64,000 nt of DNA from a virus (lineage: Duplodnaviria > Caudoviricetes): positions 1 to 64,000 of IMG/VR virus record IMGVR_UViG_3300031760_000034. One strand, given 5' to 3'. How positions within the stretch are numbered: position 1 is the first letter of the stretch; each line of letters begins with the position of its first letter. Position numbers and translations under genes: made by a program. Positions 1 through 8,825 of this stretch are shown piece by piece. A model generated the notes under the pieces. It did not search any database, was not told where the DNA came from, and worked only from the letters and a program-made list of their open reading frames with translations.

Positions 1-153
1 CTTTTTTGTTGTGAAAAAATTTTTTATTTTTTTTTTTGTGTGAGTGTAGAAAGGAGAAGGTTTTCTAAAAATTTTTATTATGTGTATAAAAACGAGAAAT
101 AGTCTACATCGCATCCCCCTCGCTTCGCTCGGCGGGAAGCTCCCCCCTACCCT

Positions 154-182
154 ACCCGCAAAGCTCTTTCACTACTACGTAG
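154..182 (+). promoter_or_regulatory. Early-cassette motif copy 1 (ACCCG + triloop hairpin), putative virion-RNAP promoter
   Basis: ACCCG at 154, then CTAC-TAC-GTAG hairpin at 172-182, upstream of ORF 218. Confidence 0.5.
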
Positions 183-217
183 CAGTTATCAATAAGTTTC
201 ACTAAATCAACAACATC

Positions 218-379
218 ATGGACAAGTTTGCAGTCATCAAGAACTTAGGCAAGGGTTACAATTCCCTCGTAGACAACACTTTCGACAACATCGCAGATGC
301 TACAGCGTACGCTAACATCATGCGACGCAAGAATGATGGATGGTTCTACTATGTCTATCAATTAAATGAGGAGCTTTAA
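218..379 (+). CDS. Small early hypothetical protein, 53 aa (MDKFAVIKNLG...)
   Basis: ATG 218 to TAA 377-379, between a cassette motif and a terminator. Below the ORF-track size cutoff. Confidence 0.65.
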   Translation: MDKFAVIKNLGKGYNSLVDNTFDNIADATAYANIMRRKNDGWFYYVYQLNEEL

Positions 380-397
380 GCTCCTCATTTGTTCTTT
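364..397 (+). terminator. Intrinsic terminator-like hairpin
   Basis: AAATGAGGAGC-TTTAA-GCTCCTCATTT 11-bp stem over the stop of ORF 218, with a T-rich tail. Confidence 0.6.
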
Positions 398-401
398 GTG
401 T

Positions 402-428
402 ACCCGTTGTCTGTCACTATTACATAGT
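402..428 (+). promoter_or_regulatory. Early-cassette motif copy 2
   Basis: ACCCG-ttgtctgtc-ACTAT-TAC-ATAGT. Confidence 0.55.
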
Positions 429-457
429 AGTGTTTAATCATTTAATCAAGTTATACA

Positions 458-628
458 ATGGACAAGTTCTTTATCACAGGCGCTGGTTGTTGTGCAATCA
501 TCCTATCTATTTTGTGCGCTTATCGGTATTTCACTTACGTGCACGCCAGTTATGTGGAGCTTATATGCTCTGTAATGTTCATCATCGTAGCAGGTATGTC
601 ATTCTTTGCTCGCAGATGGTGCAAGTAA
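458..628 (+). CDS. Small two-TM membrane protein, 56 aa (MDKFFITGAGCCAIILSIL...)
   Basis: ATG 458 to TAA 626-628, two hydrophobic segments, same ATGGACAAGTT start as ORF 218, followed by a terminator. Confidence 0.6.
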   Translation: MDKFFITGAGCCAIILSILCAYRYFTYVHASYVELICSVMFIIVAGMSFFARRWCK

Positions 629-638
629 CACATTTTAT

Positions 639-661
639 GGGTCAGCTTCGGCTGGCCCTTT
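639..661 (+). terminator. Intrinsic terminator (UUCG loop)
   Basis: GGGTCAGC-TTCG-GCTGGCCC-TTT. Confidence 0.65.
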
Positions 662-673
662 GAAACTCTGTTT

Positions 674-701
674 ACCCGCTTTCTGTTATTGCTATGCAAT
701 A
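674..701 (+). promoter_or_regulatory. Early-cassette motif copy 3
   Basis: ACCCG-ctttctgt-TATTGC-TAT-GCAATA. Positions 664-704 are a 41-nt imperfect direct repeat of 944-984. Confidence 0.6.
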
Positions 702-727
702 GTATTAACATTTAAACATAGATTGAT

Positions 728-928
728 ATGAAAGAGGTATTGAAGTTTCGTGTCGCTGTTGAGAAGACTGACGGCACATTTGAGATTAGTGATGTAATTG
801 ACAAGTATGAGGATGCCCAGAAATGGCGCCATGAGCGTGAAGCAGCGTTCTTGAAGGCCAATCCAACAGCAAGTTGTTGCCACAGCAATTTGTTGTTTGT
901 TCGCGAGGTTGTTGAGGGTGCACAGTAA
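728..928 (+). CDS. Early hypothetical protein, 66 aa
   Basis: ORF flanked by a cassette motif and a terminator. Confidence 0.7.
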   Translation: MKEVLKFRVAVEKTDGTFEISDVIDKYEDAQKWRHEREAAFLKANPTASCCHSNLLFVREVVEGAQ

Positions 929-942
929 TGTGCACCTTTTTT
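917..942 (+). terminator. Intrinsic terminator
   Basis: GGTGCACA-GTAA-TGTGCACC-TTTTTT. Confidence 0.75.
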
Positions 943-953
943 CAACTCTGTTA

Positions 954-981
954 ACCCGTAATCTGTTATTACTACGTAATA
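954..981 (+). promoter_or_regulatory. Early-cassette motif copy 4
   Basis: ACCCG-taatctgt-TATTAC-TAC-GTAATA. Confidence 0.6.
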
Positions 982-1114
982 GTACGACGATGAGATATTT
1001 GAGAGGCGATGGCCGAACTAGTTAGACTGAAAGATTCGGATCAGCCTCGATTCGTCCGATTCGTCGTACTCATTTAACAACAATGTTTAATCAATAAATA
1101 TAGGAGATTTTATT

Positions 1115-1432
1115 ATGAAGAAGATTCAAGTAAGTACAGTACAAAAGCAGGCTAATGTTGAGGTTATTGACCTTAATTCTTATTTTATCGCCAAGGCGGT
1201 AAAAGCACAGTTAGTGGCACACAACGCAATTGACCCAATGGCAGTCACTGTAAATGAGCCAGTAATCGATGCAAAGGGTCGTGTTGAGAAGGATGAGCAT
1301 GGTGATGATTTGTTCCAGGACATTACAATCATTAACCGAAATCACTTCGAACCAACAGTTGAGCAAATGCAGGCCATTCTTGATGATGTGATTCCATTCT
1401 TAGATGAACTTGTCAAAGCATTTGAAGAATGA
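1115..1432 (+). CDS. Early hypothetical protein, 105 aa
   Basis: ORF with AGGAG upstream; ATGA overlap with the next gene. Confidence 0.8.
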   Translation: MKKIQVSTVQKQANVEVIDLNSYFIAKAVKAQLVAHNAIDPMAVTVNEPVIDAKGRVEKDEHGDDLFQDITIINRNHFEPTVEQMQAILDDVIPFLDELVKAFEE

Positions 1433-1749
1433 AGTACACACTCGTAGCAGCACATGCTAGTCGAGAACAACATAGGGGTTTGATGGTGAAGGCTTATTAT
1501 AAGCACGACCTGTCAAACCCTTTTGAAGTTCCGTACTCAATTGTGGTATTTAATCAGTGGCCTCCAATTGAAGTAGAGGCAGAGGTTACGGTACATAAAC
1601 TCAACGGCATATATGAATACCCAAATGGTAAAAGAACAAGTGAAATACGTGTGTTCAGCATAAAGAATAAAGACAACACATACAAAATGGGATTCAGTCC
1701 GCAAGAGTTGATAGCCAAAAGATTAACAGTATTAGTGAAGGTGGGTTAG
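1429..1749 (+). CDS. Early hypothetical protein, 106 aa
   Basis: ORF ending in tandem TAG-TAA, followed by hairpin 1735-1763. Confidence 0.75.
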   Translation: MKYTLVAAHASREQHRGLMVKAYYKHDLSNPFEVPYSIVVFNQWPPIEVEAEVTVHKLNGIYEYPNGKRTSEIRVFSIKNKDNTYKMGFSPQELIAKRLTVLVKVG

Positions 1750-1763
1750 TAACCCACTTTCAC
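1735..1763 (+). terminator. Terminator-like hairpin
   Basis: GTGAAGGTGGGTT-AGT-AACCCACTTTCAC 13-bp stem. Confidence 0.55.
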
Positions 1764-1807
1764 ATTAGTTAGAGTAACCAGCAAAGAGTGTATTTATAGG
1801 GAGTTTA

Positions 1808-1838
1808 ACCCGCAAAGCACTGTTACTGCTACGCAGTA
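1808..1838 (+). promoter_or_regulatory. Early-cassette motif copy 5
   Basis: ACCCG-caaagcactgt-TACTGC-TAC-GCAGTA. The template strand reads GC-GTA-GC. Confidence 0.6.
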
Positions 1839-2029
1839 GAGAGAACAAAGAAGATAATTAATGTTGAAATGTGAGAATGTAAAACAATTCATTCTCTCGC
1901 ATTATCCTCAAACATTATTATATTATAATCCTCTCTATTTCTTAATACATAGCATTTTATAAAACTTCACGTAGTGAAGTGGCCAATTCGTTGACGAATT
2001 TTTATTGTCAAACTTAATATATCAGAATT

Positions 2030-2800
2030 ATGCGTTACAGTTTAAGAAACATTAGAATTAACCGTGGTGTCAACAGCCGTGGTGAGTATGAATGGTTACA
2101 AGCCGAGTTATTTAATGATGCACAGCCTTGGGCAAATCCTGCTCGTCTGCCGCAGTTCCCTTCAATGACTAAGGAGTATATTGAACTCTTCAAAGAGGAC
2201 AATGATGCCAATCTTGAAGAGATTCCTGAGTACAAGACGGTAGTAGACGGCAAAACAGTCCTCCAAGTGTTCCGTCTCAAGTCATTCCCGAAGAAGGAGA
2301 CAGTGGCTAAGCGACTCAAGGAGCAAGGTGCAGCCATTGATGATGACGAGGCAATGCAGATGGCAGAGAATATGCTGAAAAATGCTATCACTCACATCTC
2401 ACACGTTCATTCAGTGATTCAGCCTCTTGAAGGCCTTTGGCAGCCTGTTTATCGTCGTGACACAACCATTAATGGCGTGACTTATCCTAAGGGCACACCT
2501 CGCATTGGTCAAGATGGTAAGCCAGTGCCTGCAGTTCGTTCCCTGCGAGTTATCGTGAGACAAGGTTATGACGAAGACTCAGGTCAGTGGGTAGATGTCG
2601 AGAATCCAGAAGACATCGCCAATCTGATGCTTGAGCGTCGTTACACTCGCGTCGAAGAGCAAGCAGCACAGCCCAAGATTAATGCAGGTAGTGCATCAGT
2701 CAGCGACGACAACGTCAACACTACAGGCAAAATGTCAGATGAGGAGAAAGCCCAGGCGCAGAAGCGTATTGAGGAACTCCAGAAACTGATGAACCAGTAA
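2030..2800 (+). CDS. Early hypothetical protein, 256 aa
   Basis: Long ORF with coding-like composition, followed by a terminator. Confidence 0.85.
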   Translation: MRYSLRNIRINRGVNSRGEYEWLQAELFNDAQPWANPARLPQFPSMTKEYIELFKEDNDANLEEIPEYKTVVDGKTVLQVFRLKSFPKKETVAKRLKEQGAAIDDDEAMQMAENMLKNAITHISHVHSVIQPLEGLWQPVYRRDTTINGVTYPKGTPRIGQDGKPVPAVRSLRVIVRQGYDEDSGQWVDVENPEDIANLMLERRYTRVEEQAAQPKINAGSASVSDDNVNTTGKMSDEEKAQAQKRIEELQKLMNQ

Positions 2801-2807
2801 CCAATGT

Positions 2808-2841
2808 GTGTGCAGGCTTAGGCCTGCCACACTTTCTTTTT
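2808..2841 (+). terminator. Intrinsic terminator
   Basis: GTGTG-CAGGC-TTAG-GCCTG-C-CACAC-TTTCTTTTT. Confidence 0.7.
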
Positions 2842-3184
2842 GACATTAAGTTTAGCAATAATTATAGATAGAGTCAAATTTCAACAATTTCAAATACTGT
2901 CAAAGTATGAAAAAATATGTGTTAAGTCCAAACTATTCCATTCTGATGGCCATATTGAGTGGGATAACAACAGTTTGGGTTGTCTGTCTATTTATCTAGA
3001 CTATGACATATCAAAAGCAAGCGGTTCGTGTAGCCAACACGGACTATGTATGTGAGGTGACTCGTTGGCCAGGTCACACATATATAAATAATATCCCTGT
3101 TTATAAGGGCTAGATATAGATTCCACACGCTATCCCCAAAAGATGTGGCCTCCTTTTGAAAACTCAATTTTAAAACAAATAAAT

Positions 3185-3442
3185 ATGTGTAGAAAAAGGT
3201 TTGACAGAAATGCGGTAGCATCCGCATGTAGTGGTCGTGTAAAAATATCACATGACCGTAGAGCTAACACCACAGGCAGAACGCCATATATGTTCTGTGG
3301 TGACCCTGTAATCATTACGGATAATAATGTATTTCGTAATGGCAATTGGATTGGGAACCTATTTATAGATGACCACGGACAAAAATATGTTCTTGGTCCA
3401 TATAATAAAGGGTATATAGAAACTATTCCATCTTCATTATAG
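3185..3442 (+). CDS. Hypothetical protein, ~85 aa
   Basis: ATG 3185 after an AT-rich leader, ends in TAG. Confidence 0.5.
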   Translation: MCRKRFDRNAVASACSGRVKISHDRRANTTGRTPYMFCGDPVIITDNNVFRNGNWIGNLFIDDHGQKYVLGPYNKGYIETIPSSL

Positions 3443-3495
3443 GTTAATTATTATTCTAAGAATACACTGGTTCGTGAGAATAGGTGTATTTGAAA

Positions 3496-3558
3496 TATAA
3501 GCTGTCGCATCCTTAGATGCCTGATGAGTCTCGGAAGATTGAGACGAAACAGTTTATA
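3496..3558 (+). ncRNA. Type III hammerhead ribozyme
   Basis: Stem III TATAAGCTG/CAGTTTATA, GTC cleavage triplet (cut after 3506), stem I GCATC/GATGC, core CTGATGA, stem II GTCTC/GAGAC, GAAA. Confidence 0.9.
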
Positions 3559-4511
3559 CAAGCCAACGAAGGACGGTAGCCAGCCCGAAGAGAGAATTGT
3601 AGCAACGTTAGTCATGTGGGTAGCTCAGCAGCATGACGTTAAACGAACACTGAGAAAGTCGCACGAGGGATAATAGGCCCGGGGTTTGAAATTGACTGAA
3701 TAACCAAAAATCTATTAAGTTGTGGGTAAGATAAACTGTAACCCTCAAACAAAATCCTGTGCTTTTGACAAGCACTTACTGTCTCAGTTAACCTAAAAAC
3801 AGAGGCTGTAGAGTACACGAATCGTAATCGTGGTGAATGCTCCAAATCAAAACGAACATCATTGTATCACGTAATTCGCAGCGTGGATAGTATTTGACAC
3901 TTTAGTCGACAGAGTGTTGAATATAACAATGCGCCGAAAGCAGGTGGATAAATGCTATTGTGCCCTTAGGAAAGGCACAACTGTGTATTGTACTATGCAC
4001 AGTTATCTTTTATCATGCGGGGGATTGAATGTTGATATATAGCAACCTTTTCCCCGCTTTCTATCGACAACTAACGAAACCACATAATCATAGATTTGTT
4101 TTAAGTTGTAGAGCCGCAGTTCGTGAGAATGTACGGCTCTTTTACATGATTATTTGGAATCGATTTATATATCCAAGGGAGAGTGAGCCTATGTTAGTCC
4201 TAGTTTGCAAATAGATTACGTACGAAATTCATAGAACTCTGTTATTCGAAAAGCAAAAAGGTTACAGCGGTAACTAGCTCTCCCTTTTCCGTTGATTATT
4301 CATCTTTAAACTAGTGTATATATGGATAATTATTTTCCGGAAAGCGAACCAATCAATGCCAACATGACTCCGTCATTAGAGCTAGTGTATCCTATCAACA
4401 GGTGTACAAATAATTGACTGGTTCAGAGGTGTGTGCAACATGGTGTTGTATGCACCTCATTCTAAAGAACGTGTGTTTTTAACAATAATATTAATTTAAA
4501 TCATTATCAAA

Positions 4512-4817
4512 ATGAGTAAGAAACTAGTAACAAAAGATGCCAAATTGGTATCAGAAGTTGAAAATGTTCTTAAAAAGAACAACATTCCATGTGTTCGAGT
4601 ACAGCTCTATAAAAAAGAGCACGGAGACATGGTAAAGAGTGATGAACTCTTGTTGGCTGTTACCAATCACAATGGTGAAGCAATGCGCGAAGCTATTGAG
4701 TCTTGCAAGACAAATAGCCTTTATCACTTTGGAGTGCTTCGTAAGCACCATGAGTACACTATTCCTCGTGGAATAATGAAAGAGTTAGCAGAAGAATCTA
4801 AAAAGGCTAAGGTATGA
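4512..4817 (+). CDS. Hypothetical protein, 101 aa
   Basis: ORF preceded by the TCATTATCAAA leader; ATGA overlap. Confidence 0.8.
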   Translation: MSKKLVTKDAKLVSEVENVLKKNNIPCVRVQLYKKEHGDMVKSDELLLAVTNHNGEAMREAIESCKTNSLYHFGVLRKHHEYTIPRGIMKELAEESKKAKV

Positions 4818-5209
4818 AGTTCACAGAAAAAGAAAAGAACAACATAAAATTAGCAATAACAACCTTTTTTTATGTTTGTTTTGTTATGTTCATTATGTTC
4901 CTTGCTGCCACTCTTACTGCTTGCTCTAACCAATCGATTTCAGCCAATACAGTTGAAGGACAAGAAGCCGAAATCTTCATGTTGAGATGTAAAACAGCAA
5001 ACCAAGCTGCTATTATCAAAGCATACGAAGATGTACTACACGAAGTATGGTTGGATAAACCTGCTTATGTTGAAGATGCGTTAGCAGAAGGTGATGCGTT
5101 TATTCACTTAGACGAGATTATGGGAGAAAACAATGTGTTTAGATTCCATAGTAAGCAAGATAGTATTCGGTACATGCATAACTGGTATGGAGGAGAATTA
5201 TCATGGTAG
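4814..5209 (+). CDS. Putative lipoprotein/membrane protein, 131 aa
   Basis: Basic N-terminus, hydrophobic helix, LTAC lipobox; ends in TAG. Confidence 0.7.
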   Translation: MKFTEKEKNNIKLAITTFFYVCFVMFIMFLAATLTACSNQSISANTVEGQEAEIFMLRCKTANQAAIIKAYEDVLHEVWLDKPAYVEDALAEGDAFIHLDEIMGENNVFRFHSKQDSIRYMHNWYGGELSW

Positions 5210-5293
5210 ATATCAAATCAAACGAAGAAAAAGATTCGCCCAAACTTCCAGATTTTGACGAGTCTAATGGTTCACCAATAATAATCATTGAAC

Positions 5294-5656
5294 ATGGTAA
5301 AAGATAGTTTAGTTACAAAGACACAAGCAAAAGCTCTAAAAGAGCTTAGGTTTAATGAGCCCACTCTATACGTAAGTGGTTGGGTGTCTGTTCCTACTAT
5401 AGATGAAGCCATAGATTGGCTACGTCGTAAATACAACATCGTAATTTACAACAAGATTGAACCATTTGTAGATCCTACAGATGATACACATAAGACAATT
5501 TTGTTTAAATATGGTATTAAATTATGCGACACACATCATCTTGGTTGGAATGGTAGAACTGATCTTGGTACAACACGTCTTGCTAAGAACGTGTATTCTC
5601 TGAAGCGAGAAGCTATTGATATTGCTATTAAGTACATAAAATCTCGTATAAAATGA
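5294..5656 (+). CDS. Hypothetical protein of a common Bacteroidales-phage type
   Basis: ATG 5294; LVT..QAK.LKEL.F and PT..EA..WLR pattern. Confidence 0.75.
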   Translation: MVKDSLVTKTQAKALKELRFNEPTLYVSGWVSVPTIDEAIDWLRRKYNIVIYNKIEPFVDPTDDTHKTILFKYGIKLCDTHHLGWNGRTDLGTTRLAKNVYSLKREAIDIAIKYIKSRIK

Positions 5657-5877
5657 GCAAGTGGAAAGCAGGACAACTCGTAACTCTGAACGGTAAGGTA
5701 TATCGCATTCGTAAGGTAGAAACACAGCTATCACATAGAAGATGCATGATGTGTGAATTGCATAATTTCAAATCACCATGTATAGATGCTGCAGATTATC
5801 CAACTGATAAAATAAATTTCAGTATTATCAAATGTGTAGCCAAAATGCCACAAAACTGCATCCCTAAGCGTATCTAG
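5653..5877 (+). CDS. Small Cys-rich hypothetical protein
   Basis: CxxC motif, ATGA overlap, ends in TAG; N-terminus resembles ORF 6637. Confidence 0.65.
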   Translation: MSKWKAGQLVTLNGKVYRIRKVETQLSHRRCMMCELHNFKSPCIDAADYPTDKINFSIIKCVAKMPQNCIPKRI

Positions 5878-5915
5878 GAAGTGAACGCAAAGTAATTAAC
5901 AATCAATGTTAAAGA

Positions 5916-6146
5916 ATGTTGAAAGGTAAAATTCTGAATCAACAGAATCCCCCTCGTCCTAAAAAAGCGAGGGTGGATTCAAATGGCAATGATCGTAGAC
6001 GATTGTTTGCCAAGAGTGGCAATGCCACATTATGCATCGCAAGTGGTTTAACTAAAAACGCATGCGAAGTGCTAGAGGCTCATATTATGGGAGGTATTGA
6101 GAACTTAGGTGGTAAATCTGAGTGCTCATTTATAATAGCTATGTGA
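5916..6146 (+). CDS. Hypothetical protein, 76 aa
   Basis: ORF in a tightly packed run. Confidence 0.6.
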   Translation: MLKGKILNQQNPPRPKKARVDSNGNDRRRLFAKSGNATLCIASGLTKNACEVLEAHIMGGIENLGGKSECSFIIAM

Positions 6147-6147
6147 T

Positions 6148-6537
6148 ATGATTGTACGCAGAATATTAAAATGTGGTGCTGAAGTTGGCAGATACATTGA
6201 AATTACCAAAAAGACCGAAAAAGGTTATTATGGTAAAACGTTGCGTAGTTCTGAAGAGTTCTTTGTTGCTGAAACATTAGACAATTTTAAAGAAGTTGAA
6301 GTTGTTACTATAAGTGTAGGCAAAGTAGAACTCGAAGCTCTCAAATACGCCATGAAAGTACATCACGAACTTACTCCACAATGGGAGAGAGTACTTGAAA
6401 AGAGACCAGAAATAATAAAAGTATGGAATCTACAAGGTGTTGTATATATATGGCCAGCTATGATAAAGAGACGCATCTTTGGACGCGTTCCCAACGTATA
6501 TATTGAGATTAAATCAAGAGAATATGAACCAAAATAG
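6148..6537 (+). CDS. Hypothetical protein, 129 aa
   Basis: ORF in a tightly packed run, ends in TAG. Confidence 0.7.
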   Translation: MIVRRILKCGAEVGRYIEITKKTEKGYYGKTLRSSEEFFVAETLDNFKEVEVVTISVGKVELEALKYAMKVHHELTPQWERVLEKRPEIIKVWNLQGVVYIWPAMIKRRIFGRVPNVYIEIKSREYEPK

Positions 6538-6538
6538 T

Positions 6539-6640
6539 ATGATGGCAAGAGAAAAGATTCCACCAGGCTTCTGGATTGGAGTTGTAGTCTTACTGACTAT
6601 CTTGTTAGTAAGGAACTGCATGGGAGGTGTTAGCCCATGA
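6539..6640 (+). CDS. Micro membrane protein, 33 aa (MMAREKIPPGFWIGVVVLLTILLVRNCMGGVSP)
   Basis: Fills the gap exactly; single TM; ATGA overlap with 6637. Confidence 0.55.
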   Translation: MMAREKIPPGFWIGVVVLLTILLVRNCMGGVSP

Positions 6641-6819
6641 AACATCGAAAACCAGGTCAAATAGCCAAAATTGACGGGAAAATATTAAGATGTGCAAAAC
6701 GTGAATTTGGATGCGAAGGATGTGTACTCAACGACATGTTATTATGTCCTTGTGTTCTTTCAAATCATCCAGATCCGCCTAATTGTATAGACGATGGCAT
6801 AATATTTATTAATGTATGA
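6637..6819 (+). CDS. Small Cys-rich hypothetical protein, 60 aa
   Basis: CxxC plus further Cys residues. Confidence 0.6.
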   Translation: MKHRKPGQIAKIDGKILRCAKREFGCEGCVLNDMLLCPCVLSNHPDPPNCIDDGIIFINV

Positions 6820-7682
6820 TGATTTGCTATATCGTTAGAAGCTGTGGTTCGTGAGAATAGCAGCTTCATTATATTAATGCATAGAAATCAGCTAAAGCGG
6901 AAACCTCAAGCCCGCAAGTAACTCTAGCGTGTTCGGCGCAGTATGAGTTACGAATGATGAGAGGGTGCAATTGCAACGATTGTGGAGACACTGGATTTGC
7001 TCAGATAGTCAGTGTTAAAAGAGGAATCTGAGAATGGACGCGTACTCAACTCTGCAATCAACCTAGTACCAAGGTTAATCGGTATTCGGACATATGTATA
7101 CCTGTCCAACTAAGCAGAAACTTAGCACAAAATGTGCGGATCTGAAACGAAGCTTAGACTCAGTGGGTCAAACTGAGTACCCCACAGTACGTAGTTCCGG
7201 GCAAAGCCGGGAGAAAGCTAGGCGTAGGTGCGAAACTAACTGTGGGAACACATAAGTTGTGATATTCATAAGTGTAATATTTTAATTTTACCAATGTTAC
7301 CTATTTTGTACTATCAAATTGGCTTTTTTGAATCTATTTCAAATCTTGAAAGCAAAATAATGCTACATTGTGAAATATAGTATTATTGAAACAACACTCT
7401 GTTGCGAAACCCAGTGTTGATTTTTATCACAACTACACCATTGGTTTGGTGACTGTACCGGAAGATTGAGATCGAAATCAGGGAAAAATTAGGCACGAAC
7501 CCCAGGCAAATCTCATGAGAACAGTCACACCCCATAATGTCCGAGGTTAAGGGGCACGTTTTCGCACGTGCGAGGTTGGAAGATGTAAAGCTTGCAAACA
7601 TCTGGTAGGACATTTTTAACTCGAATCTTTTTGGGTTTATTATCATATTTTATTTTATTAACTTCTTAAACATTTATCAAAA

Positions 7683-8213
7683 ATGAAAGAATTTTGGAAA
7701 ATCGCATTCATTGCAATTATTACAATTGCATTGAGCGTGTTGGCTACACTAGCCATCATTAAGTGGGAGGGGTATCATTTCTTACCCCAAAACTATGATT
7801 CGTCTGTACAAGTAACTCAGGCGGATATTAATAACCCTGTTATCATGTCTATTGCTGACGCTCTTGAACTTCAGCAAAAAATGAATGCAGAACAGGAAAT
7901 TGACTCATTGTTCCTAGCCATGGGAAAAACCGACATGCGTAATGTTATTGGTGTACTACAAAACAAAGGTGCCACAAATATTATGAAAGTCGACATTGTA
8001 AATGAGTTCAAAGCTGGTAGGGAGGTATATGAGAATTTACCGTCCCCTGATTCGAAATCAGACAAAGCACAAGATCCTACCAAAATAGCTGAAATGACGC
8101 TAGAAAATGTTGGGACGACTACGGTGACGGAGGCGCCGCCAACCAGGGTAGAGGAGAAACAGCCTGCTAAAGACACTATTATCAACGGTAAGAAATACAA
8201 ACAAGTTGAGTAG
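7683..8213 (+). CDS. N-terminally membrane-anchored protein, 176 aa
   Basis: TM at residues ~6-27; CATTTATCAAAA leader; ends in TAG. Confidence 0.8.
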   Translation: MKEFWKIAFIAIITIALSVLATLAIIKWEGYHFLPQNYDSSVQVTQADINNPVIMSIADALELQQKMNAEQEIDSLFLAMGKTDMRNVIGVLQNKGATNIMKVDIVNEFKAGREVYENLPSPDSKSDKAQDPTKIAEMTLENVGTTTVTEAPPTRVEEKQPAKDTIINGKKYKQVE

Positions 8214-8215
8214 TT

Positions 8216-8698
8216 ATGAAGTGCGCTGTATTGATCGTGTATGACGGAACAACTCCGCCATTACAAGCACAACGTGACGCAGCACAGGCTATTGCCCAGT
8301 ATGGATGTATTGCAGATTTAGAAAAAATCGATGTTTATGTATTAAACCAGATGGAAATCTTATCTGCAATACTCGGAAAAGCAATTCCTGTAGACAAAGT
8401 ACAATCCTTCGAGAAACCAGAAGAATGGGCTGCAAAGATAGTAATTAACGACTTTGAGGAAGCATTAATCGCAAAAGATTATGATTCTTTCACTGCCGCA
8501 CTATCAGTGAGATTGTCAATGGAACTCATAAGAAGACCAGAGACAAACTTTATTAAAGCTATCCGTATATTAACCAAAGAGCATGCTGAGGAAAACTTAG
8601 AAGCGTCAAAGAGAGAAATTCTTGACGAACGTATTTTTCAGATTATGCGTAGGTCATTCTATTTGGTATGTCAAGGACGACACATTGTGTTCCAGTAA
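8216..8698 (+). CDS. Hypothetical protein, 160 aa
   Basis: ORF starting 2 nt after the previous stop. Confidence 0.8.
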   Translation: MKCAVLIVYDGTTPPLQAQRDAAQAIAQYGCIADLEKIDVYVLNQMEILSAILGKAIPVDKVQSFEKPEEWAAKIVINDFEEALIAKDYDSFTAALSVRLSMELIRRPETNFIKAIRILTKEHAEENLEASKREILDERIFQIMRRSFYLVCQGRHIVFQ

Positions 8699-8825
8699 AT
8701 CGTGTGAAAGCACGTCATACCAACGCAATTCCTTACAAAAGAGAGCGTTGGGATGCAAAAAGAGAATTAGCAAATGCGCAGTATGAAGTGCGCAAGTAAT
8801 TAACAATTAAAATCATAAATCAATT

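Noticed and set aside
1-150. A/T tracts and a GC-rich CGCTTCGCTCGG patch as a genome terminus or origin
   Set aside because: No second copy or read-end data in the window, so it cannot be supported.
430-663. ORF-track 77-aa protein (GTG start)
   Set aside because: It overlaps a better ATG-started membrane ORF (458-628) in another frame and runs through the terminator.
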